64,000 nt of DNA from Saccostrea echinata (Eukaryota), in assembly GCF_033153115.1 (NCBI RefSeq), contig NW_026889756.1, positions 2,108,001 to 2,172,000 of the forward strand. Reading direction: 5' to 3'. The position numbers were made by a program, and so were the translations under genes. Positions 13,020-24,819 of the stretch are shown here, piece by piece; position 1 is the stretch's first letter, and every line of letters starts with the position of its first letter. The notes under the pieces were generated by a model. The model had not been told where the DNA came from. It saw only the letters and a list, made by a program, of their open reading frames with translations, and did no database searches.

Positions 13020-15979
13020 GTTTTTGTTGTTTATATATATATATATTTTTTTTTTGTGTATAATTATTTTGAAACAAGCTTTGTAATGATAATTTGACTT
13101 ATCAAAACGATCGAAGTCCGATTTCCAAATTTTGCGCTATTGATTAGTCATTATTAGGCTATTTCCTCCGATGTTTATTTGATTTCTTATTCCGGAAAAA
13201 AAATACCTTTTATATCCGGGACCAAGAAACCCTCTGAGCAAATATTCCCCAAATGCCAGAAAAATTATCTCTCTTAGCTCTTCTTGGATGTTCTGGCTCT
13301 TTATATCTTTTGGACTTTTTGGCGCTCATCTTTTATTCAAGATTTATATTACAACCTTTTTGGACTTTAATTATCAAACATCCATGCCATTTTAGCAAGT
13401 GTTATTTTCCGTTGGTCGCCACATTTAAGGTATACAAGCCCGAATTCCTTCATTATTCAACCAATTTAAACTAGTCGTACTGGGCATTTGGGAAAAGATA
13501 ACACAATTTTTCTTACGAATTTATGTTAACACAAGCTACCTTTAATTCGCAATTTTAGTATTTTAAAGATTTTGGCCATTATAGCGAGCGCAGCGAGCGG
13601 CGCGAAACGCCGCTCGTCACTGTGAGCTCTTAAAGCAACGCCTGGGCGAAGAGAAATTCGGACTTTGCACATTGATCCTAACGATTTTTTTCCGCAGTAA
13701 CATGTGGTCCCATAATGCTTTGCGAATTGCATCTCGCCGCAAACTACGTTCAACAAAAAATAAAATCACATTGATTTTATGGATATTGCAGAAAAAACAG
13801 TAGATTAAACATTCTTCATTAAAACTAGCACTGTTCAGGCTTCGATTTGATACTGCAACTTACAGTCAAGACGAACCAAATGCCACGTGCGGTTTGAAGA
13901 GACGATGTAAATTGTATATGTATCTGCGCTCGCCCTAACGGTCGCACCGTCAACATATTATTTCTGCCATAGAAGTTTAATTTGGTTGCTCAAAGGGGAA
14001 CATTCTTTAGTTGGACCTCCAAGATGGCGGCCAAGGGAGGTAACTCGCAAGGAAAATACGTCATACGAAAACTATCTATTCTGAAATCGTTCAAGGATCA
14101 ACATATCATGGTGAATTAATAAACATTTGAAAGAGTACAAAATCTTGTTTTTAACATTCATGCACATATTACGGCTTTGAGATATTGTGTTTGAGTAAGT
14201 CGTAAAGAACAGACCGGAATGTTTAAATAATACGAGAGGCAGATGATCTACATAAGTAAAAATTGTGAATTTTAGCCACAAATTGACCGATGAGAAATTT
14301 TTATTTCTAAGAGTACAAATTCTAAAAAGATCGAAATAAAGAAACTTTGTATACAATTCGCTGAACGTCTCCAGTGTTTCTCCAGTAGCGACAAAGTAAA
14401 GACGTCTGAAAATACAACCACCCCTCCACATATATATGTTTGCGGCTCCCCCAGCTACATATTGATCAGTATCGTCAAGACTCGAAAATTTAAAAGGAAA
14501 TCACCCACTTCTATTTATAGATATACCTTTTCAATTCAAGACCAATCTATGTTACATCAGTGCTATATTTTCATAGGTGCAAGAATGTCATATAACGCTC
14601 TTTTTACATATTCATTACATATGCAATGCCATTTAAATAGCAAACAGTTCTTCGTATATAGCATGTTTAGCAAGCGTAGAATTTTTTAAGAACATGGTGA
14701 AAATTTTTTATGTAGAGTGGGTCTTCGTGCCAAATTTTTGCAAGTGTAAAAAGAAATATCTTTCCATTGCCTTTCATTATTTGTTCTCAAAAGAAAAATG
14801 GAGCGAAGACCCACTCTATTGTAAAAATATACTTATAGCATCCAATTTATGTCGGTTTAGTGAAAATTGAGAGTGTTGCCATTTTGGTGCGTTAATCATA
14901 ATGAATTTCGCAATTACTGTATTCATGCATTATCAATTTTGTATGCAATTAGTAATAAACATTACCTAGCTAAATTTAACTAAAAAGTACAATTTTTGAA
15001 AAATAAATTTATTGATTTCTTTTATTCGTTGAAGGCATGTGGCTCGGCTTATCCCCCCCCCCCCCCGGTTCTTTATCATATAAGGGAATTATTAACATTT
15101 AAAATCATTATTGTGTAATTAGCGTTTAAACACAAGTATATTTACATCCACTGAATATTATCTTGTTTATTTCTTTAAGAAAACTAACGTTTATCAGTCA
15201 GTAGATACCGCTAAGCATATGACCTCTACAGATTTATTGAGCAGTGGCTCTTCCATCAACATATAATGACGTAAATATAGATAATACAATATTTCATCTA
15301 CTTAATCCTACTTTAAATGATTATTTGTACAGATATAAATATAAACAATAAAATGTCTTTCTTAATTTGTTAGTACAGGAATTAACATTACAGCTGTTAA
15401 AAAAAAAAAAATTACATAACCCGCTTACGCAGATTATTCATTTTTTCTGCAACAACTGTAACATTAATTTTTGTCCTAACAACCAAAGAAAGCATTTTAT
15501 TGGGCCACCTTTAAAAAATTGCTTGGTTGCCCCCTCCCGTCCGACTGGCTTAAAATGGCCTGACTCAAGACCTTTTTTTAATGAACAGGAAGCAATTATT
15601 TTTTTAAGTATTCTTGGAAAAAAAATTAAAAATTCAGCATTGAAAATGGCATTTTCTGAGAATTTTTTTATTCCTCACCTACCTACCGACCCACTTTTTC
15701 CATCCCATAGTGTCGTTTACTGATTTTTATTTGAAAATAAAAATAAGTACACGACTATACATTTTAATTTTCAAATAAAAATCAGTAAACGATAATATTA
15801 TGCGTGTCTACGATATTAATATATATGTAGTTAATCCTTCCTTTTACTTGGAAGGGTGAGCAAGTTCGGAAAAATGTCCATTCCGAAGTTGTCCGTCCCA
15901 CTGTTAAGGATAGATTCTGTCAAAAATCATTTTAAACGTTTCATCGGCCTCTATTTAAAAAACATAAACTTTTCCTAAT

Positions 15980-17179
15980 TTATAATCGTTGCAAAACATA
16001 ATATTGAAATATTCCAAAATTGTCAACAGCTGTTGCCACGCACTGCACAACTTTATAGCCTGCAACAGCTCTATAATTAGCGGAGGAGAGGAGCACTGGA
16101 GTGTGTCCAAAAATTATCATATACCCGCCCCTTTTCACGGTTGGAAGAAGAGCAGTCAGCAGATCTTCTGCCTCTGTTGACTTCACGACTTCTGAGTTTA
16201 GAAAACGAACAAAACAGTAATCAGCCGTCCCTGGTTCTATTTTTGGCTCCATGGCATTCCCACAATGCACCTCGTCAACCCTTTGGCGGGAAATTTCCGT
16301 CATCTGCTTACTAAGATCTTGGCCTATTGTATAGCTGTCGGGAAACGCGTTTTTAAGTGTAGACAGGAAAACACCAGTTGAGCAAGCTGGGTCATAGAGT
16401 CTGGCGTTCTTTATTTTAGCGGATGCCATAAATTGAATGGTGTAATCTCTGATTCTTTCTTCACCACAACTCAGCATGACGTCAAAGGCATCATCTATCT
16501 CCCAACCCTGTGGCGGAGAACAGAGCTCCTCGTGTGTCGACTGCCTCAGTAGCGGGTATGGAAAGACTAATTCTGGCATTCCAAAAGAACTGTTCATCAC
16601 TTGGTTCATGAAATACAGTTTTTCTGATTTGTCAAATGGGTAGAAATGCACAATGACTTTGTTTTCGGTTATTCTCTGATCCACAAAGAGGCCAAGGAGC
16701 ATGTCCGCCGAGATGAAACTGCAATAGAGTTCGGGAATCTTGTTTTTGATGAAAAAATCAGAGAGGATTTTTCTTCCCAGAATTTGAACTGGACTTGGCG
16801 TTCCCGGAACAGCAATGTTGAGGTAGAACAATCCCTGGGGCAGCTCAAAGAAACTAACATCTATCCGAGTGATTGGCCTCCGACATACTTCATCCCAGCT
16901 CGCTTCTCTCTTCATGGCAACCCCAGGTTCGATTTTCTGCGCCTTATACCTGACGATCTCGTCTCTGATCGTTGTCAGAGTTTTCTTGTCCCCCACACTC
17001 CGTTCGGATTCTATCAGCGCTTGATTAAGAATATCCTCTGCCTTTTTCCAATCCCCTTTGGAAAGGTTAATCCGAATGTCAGTAAACATTTCCCGAATTT
17101 TCTCATCGTACATATTCTTAAAAATTCCATCGTATGTTGTCACGACTTTTGTAGATTTTAATGCTGGGTCCTTCTCCAT
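15980..17179 (-). CDS. Intronless class I SAM-dependent transferase, Nat/isonocardicin synthase-like 3-amino-3-carboxypropyltransferase (ACT), 399 aa
   Basis: Long uninterrupted ORF. SAM motif I LYDPACSTGVFL, motif II TIGQDLSKQM, then VHCGNA, FVRFLNSEVV, KRGGYMIIFGHTPVLL and terminal IFQYYVL. I recognise this motif series from bacterial proteins annotated as isonocardicin synthase (recall, not a search). Confidence 0.8.
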   Translation of the reverse strand: MEKDPALKSTKVVTTYDGIFKNMYDEKIREMFTDIRINLSKGDWKKAEDILNQALIESERSVGDKKTLTTIRDEIVRYKAQKIEPGVAMKREASWDEVCRRPITRIDVSFFELPQGLFYLNIAVPGTPSPVQILGRKILSDFFIKNKIPELYCSFISADMLLGLFVDQRITENKVIVHFYPFDKSEKLYFMNQVMNSSFGMPELVFPYPLLRQSTHEELCSPPQGWEIDDAFDVMLSCGEERIRDYTIQFMASAKIKNARLYDPACSTGVFLSTLKNAFPDSYTIGQDLSKQMTEISRQRVDEVHCGNAMEPKIEPGTADYCFVRFLNSEVVKSTEAEDLLTALLPTVKRGGYMIIFGHTPVLLSSANYRAVAGYKVVQCVATAVDNFGIFQYYVLQRL

Positions 17180-19926
17180 TATTAGTGTAAAACTTCTTAC
17201 CCTAGTGTGTCCTAGTGGTTGGAAAGGTGAATTATTGATAGCATCTCGCTGTACTTGAGAGATAAGCCACGTTTAGTTTGGAAATTCTGATAACGCCGCT
17301 ATCTGAAATGTGGCCGTGTTTAAATGACGAGATAATGAGGGTCACTCAAGTGTAACATAAACACGTGTAATGCCAGCATGATCATTACCGCAGCACAAGT
17401 CCTGTTGATCATCGTAAGATGGGTATTTCATTTGGTATGTAAACATTATTTTCGGTAATTTAAGCAAATCCTTTGGATAAATGACATACATCTTAACAAA
17501 AAGGGAATGTTATATGAACAGTATTGCAGTCTCCATATGCATTTTATAAAATGTGTCATCTTTCAAGTTATCAAATACAGTTGATATTTCAAACGTAGTA
17601 GTGGCCTGAGACCACTACAATGTCCCATTTTTGATACCCCTCGAAATAGAACATGTGTACTCCAAGGTTCGTGTAGTTTTCTATTTGGTGATGTCAATCT
17701 GCCGCTGGAAAATAATATTACTATCTTTATTTATGTGCAGAAAGATATTGTAGCAACAAGGATGTAAACATATCGATTTTTGTTGTTGTGTTTATGCACT
17801 GCTTATCTCTGCTTTTAACAGTTTAAGCTTAATATGATTATGTACATGATGTAGGAGCAACATCTTAAATTTTCCTTTGTAGTAATATTCTTCAGAATTA
17901 CTTTGAAATGTTTATAGTCTATTTTCAAAAAATATTATGTTGTGCAATTTTTCTTCTCGCATTGATTATTTCTAATTTCATTATATTCAAGTTCTTGTAT
18001 ATACAAGTGATATATATTAAACATGTTAAACTTCATACTTTATTTCCCTGCATTAGGAATACAATCCGTCAAATGTATTTATTCATTGCACAGTACAACT
18101 TTATAAGGGTACATTATTTATCAGTTAACTTACAAAACAAATGAGAAGACGGGTTTGTTTATGTTTCTATTAATGTGCATAGCTTCAATGCTAGTAAATG
18201 TTCTGGTTGACTGTCTTATTACAACTCTCGTGTATATGAACAGCCATTTAAGTGCCTTCAACAGGTTGGAGAGAATGCTCGAAATAGGGTATTATCAGAG
18301 AAATCGCATAATACATGTAAATTGTCCCCGATATCGGAATGTCATTGAATCAGCGAAATCGGGTATCCCGTGCAACTTTTTGTAAAAGCAAGAAAATAAA
18401 GCAAAGGCGCATGATGTCAGTTAGTGTTACTTGTACATCAGTGTCTTGGGGGTTTATTTTCATTGAACCTAATTTGCAGGTTAATCTAAAGAATTCAAAA
18501 TGACACGACTAACACATCTGGGGTAGCATTGAAGTCACGACAGCGTCATTATTTTTCAATGCCATTACCAAAACCAAATGATTACATTTTTTTTTACTTT
18601 ATTTTCTACTGATACATTCCCCAAGCTTCATTTCTAATTTTGTGAATTATTCACAAAGTGTAGAACTTTTAAGAAATTTATTCTATACCTTAAAATGTAT
18701 GGTGTCCCCTTCCCGCTAAAAATCAGACGATGCTAGAAACAATTACAATGTAGTATTGGTTTCCTATCGATATAAAATTATACAGGGACATTCGTAAAGC
18801 AGAAAAATAAAAGATTTTATGCATAGACAAGTGGGTTATGTAAGATTTAAAGACACGCATATATAAAAATCAGATTTTATTATCGGCGGAAGAAGCGATA
18901 GATCTTTATGCTTTGATAGAAAGAGCACATCTAAAAATGGTTTAATGTTTCTATTGAATAACACCTAGTATTAAGTTATTAACAAAAAACCTAATTTTAT
19001 AAAACACACTGCCTTATACTCAATCACATTTTTATGTTTCATGTTGTTTTTTTTTTTTTGGGGGGGGGGGATAACTTCTCATACGATATTCATTAATGAT
19101 TCTTAAGTTTACACTCCCCCCCCCCCTCAAAATGGGATTGCGAAAGATACATAATTTATGCAAATTGCCACTATCCTATTTTTCTATACTTCAAAATATT
19201 TATAAGAATATATTATCTTAGTTACATGTAATATTCCAGTAAATCAATTTATTCATCATACAATGTTTATAAATGTAGAAGCACAGCCCTCACACTCTTT
19301 TTTTTCTGAGAATATACTTTTGCTGTTAATTCTGACCAAAAATATTTATTCAAAGGAAACCCCCTCCCCTCCCCCTTTTTTTTAGTTTTATCTACGCAGC
19401 CCATGTAATTGATCTATATATTTATTTATTTTTAAATAAATTTATTTTTTTCTGCCTGTCAATTTTTAAACCTAACCCTTACAAAAATTCTACTTGTCAA
19501 AATTTCACTCCACCTCTCGAAATAGCTTCTTTCGAGTTTAGCGAGTTTTTATTTAGTGTGTGCGAGCGTGTAAGCCCCCCCCCTCCCCCTCCCCCCCCCC
19601 CCCCCCCCGGCAGAGACTTTTAGAAATTCAAAATGCAAAATACATCGGTCTCACGTCGGGAATGTCCGGTCAACAGAGGATTCTTACTACTCCTAGGCTG
19701 CAGGCACCTGTATTTTATGACCTGTCACAAATATGATATTTTATAAGAATTTTGCGATCAATTACTGTTCATTATCTTTACGTTGTTTATGTACAAATAC
19801 AAGATCTAACACGTTATATCGTTCTTCAACATGTGAGGGTGGGGGTGGAGCTACATGTAGCAATATAATTGACTACTCTCCTAAAAGTCTTTGACATACA
19901 AACATAGAAAAAAATTATTATTGTTA

Positions 19927-21201
19927 AACCCCTGTCACACCGGGACTGCGTCCTCACGGCGATCGCACGGCGTCCATAATAAATGCAAAACGCCGAGGTG
20001 AGCGCAGTAGAGTCTCCTACAGCGCCGTGACAACGCGGCGAGATCTCCTCTGAACGCGGTAGGGTCGCGTAGGGTCTCCTAGAACGCCAGGGGACGGCGC
20101 GCACTTTGGGCATGCACAAAGTACGCGCCGTGTGATCGCCGTCTGGTAAGAACGCAGTAGAAACGTAGTATGATCGCCGTAGCAGCGCGGTGAGATCTCC
20201 AACAACGCAGTGGGAGCTCCGTACGCACGCCGTGAAGACGCACATGATCGCAGCATGGACGCAGTGATAGTAGACTGCGCTTCCACGGAGACCTCGCCGA
20301 GACCTTGGAGATGTCTCGGCGTTTCTATCACGCTTTTACGGCGCTTCTAATGAGATTAATTGTCTTGTGATTTTTTTGACTGCGATTACACAGCGACAAC
20401 AAGGAGTTGTCACTGCGATCATTGCGCTCCCTTGGCGTTTCTACCGCGAACGTTGGCGATCACAATGCGCTTTCACGGCGTTGTTAGAGCGTTGTCAGCC
20501 AGCTCACAAAACAAGAGCAATGGCCTCATATTTGATCAGCAATAATTCTACCGTATTTGTTGCACTCCTGGCCAGGAGCATGGGAGTAGAATTGGGAAGT
20601 AAAAATTATACCAGAACCTGTTCTGTTGTTTCAGTGGAGTTGCGGTGGAATTACTTAAATTTTATAACAACTTTTTAGTGTGTTTATTTTTTACATTCAT
20701 AATAAAATCAATGGAAAAACACATCTGAATTGATATAATTGAAAAAAAAGAAGGGTTTTAATTATAAAACTAACAGTAATTTAGTACTAAATTATTCAAA
20801 TATATCATTTTTTGAAGTATTTTCGTTATGTGACTCGAATCTTTAAAAATAAATGTGTTACACTCCTGAATATATATCCATAGTGAAGAACGCATCTTTG
20901 ACGTATTGTGAACACAGCAAGCGCAGTGAGAACGCCGTGAACGCGAGATGACAACTCCTAACACGCCGTAAAAGCTCCGCGGAAGCGCAGTCAATCGCGA
21001 AGAGATCTCCGTTGGGAACGCAGTAGCCCGCAGCGAGAACGCCGTAGAAACGCGTGGGTCGCCGTAGGGACGCCGTGACATCTTCACATTGTAAAAATTT
21101 TACAGAAATTTGTGTGATTTCCCTGCGATTCCACTGCGATTTTAACATTTTTACAACACCGTAATGACTCCGTGTGGACGCAGCTTGGTGTGACAGGGCC
21201 C
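19927..21201. mobile_element. Non-autonomous TIR DNA transposon (Harbinger- or Kolobok-like), GC-rich arms with AT-rich core
   Basis: Imperfect TIRs ccctgtcacaccgggactgcgtcctcacgg ... ccgtgtggacgcagcttggtgtgacaggg, flanked by TTAA on both sides. Internal sub-repeats cgccgt, acgcagt and gagatctcc. Confidence 0.75.
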
Positions 21202-21696
21202 TTAAAAATTCGGGAAAGTTGGAAATTTCCAGATTTGAAAATAATATTTCGTTGGAGGGGGTGTGTGTCTTCAAACACTATTGATAAGGGAAAAATGAAA
21301 TACATTGGTATGGGGGAATTTGACTATCCTACAAAAAAGTGGGGAAAGCAAATTAGGCAATGTTTATTAATGAATCTTTTTGTGGTATAAATTTACAGTT
21401 AATCATTATGTTTTGGAAAAATTAGAAGGGGGGGGGGGTCATACTACTTGAAAAGTTCGTGTATTGGTATTGGTATTTAGTTCTAGTTCGAAATATTTTA
21501 TCCATTAAATAGTTGATACATTTTGTAATGAATTTGATTTTAAGCAAAATATAAATATGAAAGCAAATAATATATTATATAATATTACATTTTTATACAC
21601 ATATAAATATATTACATATATTATACACACATATTAGGATATGAAAGACAAATCTTTCCCTTCGCTTCGTGTTGACGACCTTTAAAAATTGCTTTC

Positions 21697-22593
21697 ATGC
21701 ATTGGTACTTTTTTATTCTTTGCGTCTTTTTGCTGCTGAAGGTTCTGTATTACTTTTAAATGCTAAAAAAACCCCGGTAGCAATTAAGTGATCTTTACTG
21801 TCCACTATAAATCTGGTTTTTATTTTAATCAGGTTCCTCTCACGAAAGGCTACATACCAGAGCCGGGGAGATTCCTCCGGACTTTACTAACCCTGACGTT
21901 CCATGGTGACAAACTAAAGAAACTCGAGTTCCTTACGGAATACTATTTCTACTATGGACTGTTCAAGTTTGATGCCAAGATTTACATTTTTAATCCGAAA
22001 CTAGCACAGCATGCTATATATAAACTTGAAAAGGGAGCGGAACATTATTTAGAAAATTCACCTTTAAAGAACACGTTCCTTGGATCATCACAGAAAAGTC
22101 CCGAAACAAGGCGCGCTATAGCGTCATTATTCCGAAAAACTTCAATTGAGGAACGCGCTGCTATAATGATAAGCGACATACAGAAAATGTGTACAATATT
22201 CAAGAAAGATCCGAAGGGCATCGTAAACGTCACACAATGGACTCTTCGGATGGCATTGGACATTGTCGGCCATGTCTTACTTGAACTTGATCTTAACGGT
22301 TTGGAAAAGAAGCAAGAGAAAATGATTTCTTCGATGTTGACGATTTTGCATAGATGTTATGCCATGGGAGAAATATCATCAGACAGTAAAGAGTTCTCTG
22401 ACGCAAACGAAGAATTTGATGCCATCACACAAAGGGTTTTAGAGGAAGCACTCAGCATTGATAACGTCACAATTAAGGGAAAACGACTGGTCAACTCACT
22501 GCACGACGCATGCGGATTCAGCGAAGTAAGTATAACATCTCATGCGTTACTTTAAGTTCAGTAACGTGTACATGGCAAAATCTGTATCACACT

Positions 22594-22624
<31 letters not shown>

Positions 22625-24185
22625 GATAGCTCATTTTGATCAAGGGTTGATACTAGTATGGGGTGTGATACAGATTTTTACATGTATTGTTGGGTTATTT
22701 TTATGTATTTGAAAATGATGTCAACAAGTCATGTATAAATGTACCTATAAATGTACTTTTAATAATTTCATGTGTCTTTTTTTTGTTGAATTTCCAACAT
22801 TAATTAGTCCAATGATAATACATTCAGCGATAAGAATAATGAAAATAATTATAATTAAACAAAATAATTATTTTAAATGATATGAAATTAAATTGGAATT
22901 TTAATAAACCTCAAAAACAATAGAAAAGGATCCGATCGAGGTACTCCGAATGAAAAGTACAGAGGTGTTCCAGGAAAGGTGTATTAAAGAGTGAAATAAA
23001 TGGTGATGAAACAGGGTGATGATACAGGGTTCGTGCCTGTGTTCATATCGGGGATGCAAAAAACCTGTATTATATAACAAATATCTAATAAAGTTTTTTT
23101 TAAAAATAAAATGTGATACTGAAATGTGTTCATCTTTCAATTTTTTTTCCTTTCATCTGCTCAGGCCAAAGACAACATGAAATTGTTTTTGATGGCGGGA
23201 ACCGAGACCACCGCCTCTACTATTCCTGTGGTGATGTATCTATTGGTCAAATACCCACATATACAGGTAGAAAGATCAATAAAACTAACCAAGAACAATT
23301 TAAAACATTTCAAATCGCTCATAAAATGTGCCTTTGTTCTCAATACTAGATAGATATGGTGTTATTTGTCAGTTTTTATGTATACATGTAAGTTCTTTTG
23401 AACATAAAACAGGAAGAGTTACGACAGGAAGCGGAAGAGCTCCTTGAATCTTTGGTGGCGGATCCCACCACACCTTTACCTAAGACAGAGAGCGTACTGA
23501 CCGAGGTGCTCCGATTGTACCCGATTGCACCGTTTATCAGCAGACAGAATTACGAGCCGGTAACTCTCGGTGACGTCAACCTGAAACAACATGTAAGTTT
23601 GACTGACAAACAATAATAAAAATATCCCTTTCCCTGGAAAACACTTTAATCCAGTCCTTAAAATAATGATTTTAATATTATATCTATTCAGTGATAAACT
23701 GAAGTCTTACAATTTTTATTCACTTGAGTTAATATAAGGCAGTGCTTAGCCTTCTAAAAATCAGTGATTGATGGAATTAATGTACATTTTTGCATATATT
23801 TACATGATACATCCACCCCTCATGAATTCACACTTCATTTTAGGCTGACGTCATCATATTTACTTGGGGAATTCATCGCAGCCCGCATTATTGGGATAAA
23901 GCAAAGGAATTTGTTCCCTTCCGATTTCTAAACACAAGCAAAACTTCCGGAAATATGTTCATTCCGTTCGGTGCAGGTTCTCGAGTGTGCATTGGACAGC
24001 ATCTGGCTTGGCTGGAACTGAGGCTCGCCGTAGCTATGTTGTTATATCAGTTTAAGTTTGAGCATGCGCAGGAGACACCAGAACTGAATTTTGTGGTAGA
24101 CTGGGCGCATGCTGTTGTGCATCCAGATAAAGACATGATCTTTAAAATTACACCAACACAGAACGACCCCATCACGCTCTCATGA
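21697..24185 (+). CDS. Divergent cytochrome P450, about 453 aa; exons 21697-21741, 21833-22525, 23165-23266, 23413-23592, 23844-24185
   Basis: All introns GT-AG and phase 0. N-terminal hydrophobic anchor MHWYFFILCVFLLLK (exon 1 is the least certain), I-helix AGTETT, ExxR (EVLR), PFRF as a PERF variant, heme motif FGAGSRVCIG. Confidence 0.92.
22577..22678. repeat. Small inverted-repeat element (MITE-like) in a P450 intron
   Basis: aaaatctgtatcacactccata ... tatggggtgtgatacagatttt. Confidence 0.6.
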
Positions 24186-24819
24186 CATTATATAGTGATA
24201 AAATATTGTTATCGTGTTATTTTGATGATGTCAGTGTTTGCTCTTTTTGAGTTTATTGTCTATCTGAATCAGGATTTTGTTAATAAGCGTTTGAATTGTG
24301 AACAGTACATTTAGAGTCAGATTTGATTTAAAAAAAAATACAGCATTTGATGCCACATGACTTGTTCTTATGTTTCTACAAAGTTACACTCTTTCAGATT
24401 GGCACAATTCCCAAAGCTTTATGAAATCCATTGAAATCGGTATACCGAAATAAAGATAATGAATTCAATTAAATTCTTAGACCGACTCTCTTGTTCTAAA
24501 ATATACCCTTAAATATATTTAATATTGAACTGTTTGAAAGGAGCTATGTATATGTGCAACATTCTTTCGTGTGTAAACTTGTGTAAACTTTGCAGAATAG
24601 GATATAGAGAATTTTTAGTAAAGAAACTCCGAAAAAGAAAAGACATTTTCATTTATTTTCAATTTCATAATTTAAAACACAACATATAAAACATGTTAAT
24701 AAGATGTTCAATTCAAAACCCTCACTATAACAATACAAAGAGGAAAAATGTGTCTTCACTGGACGGATTTTCACTTGAAAATAAAGCCTGGTTCACAGTT
24801 TCAGTAAAGTTTTACAGTT

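Noticed and set aside
15989-17258. Plus-strand ORFs overlapping the transferase (for example 16646-17161)
   Set aside because: Antisense shadows of the real CDS with no recognisable features.
18155-18385. Hydrophobic ORF as a possible P450 first exon
   Set aside because: A closer exon (21697-21741) supplies ATG, anchor and a phase-0 donor. I have no independent support for this ORF.
19826-21305. Several 100-140 aa ORFs in the GC-rich region
   Set aside because: They are a by-product of low stop-codon frequency in the TIR element arms and show no protein motifs.
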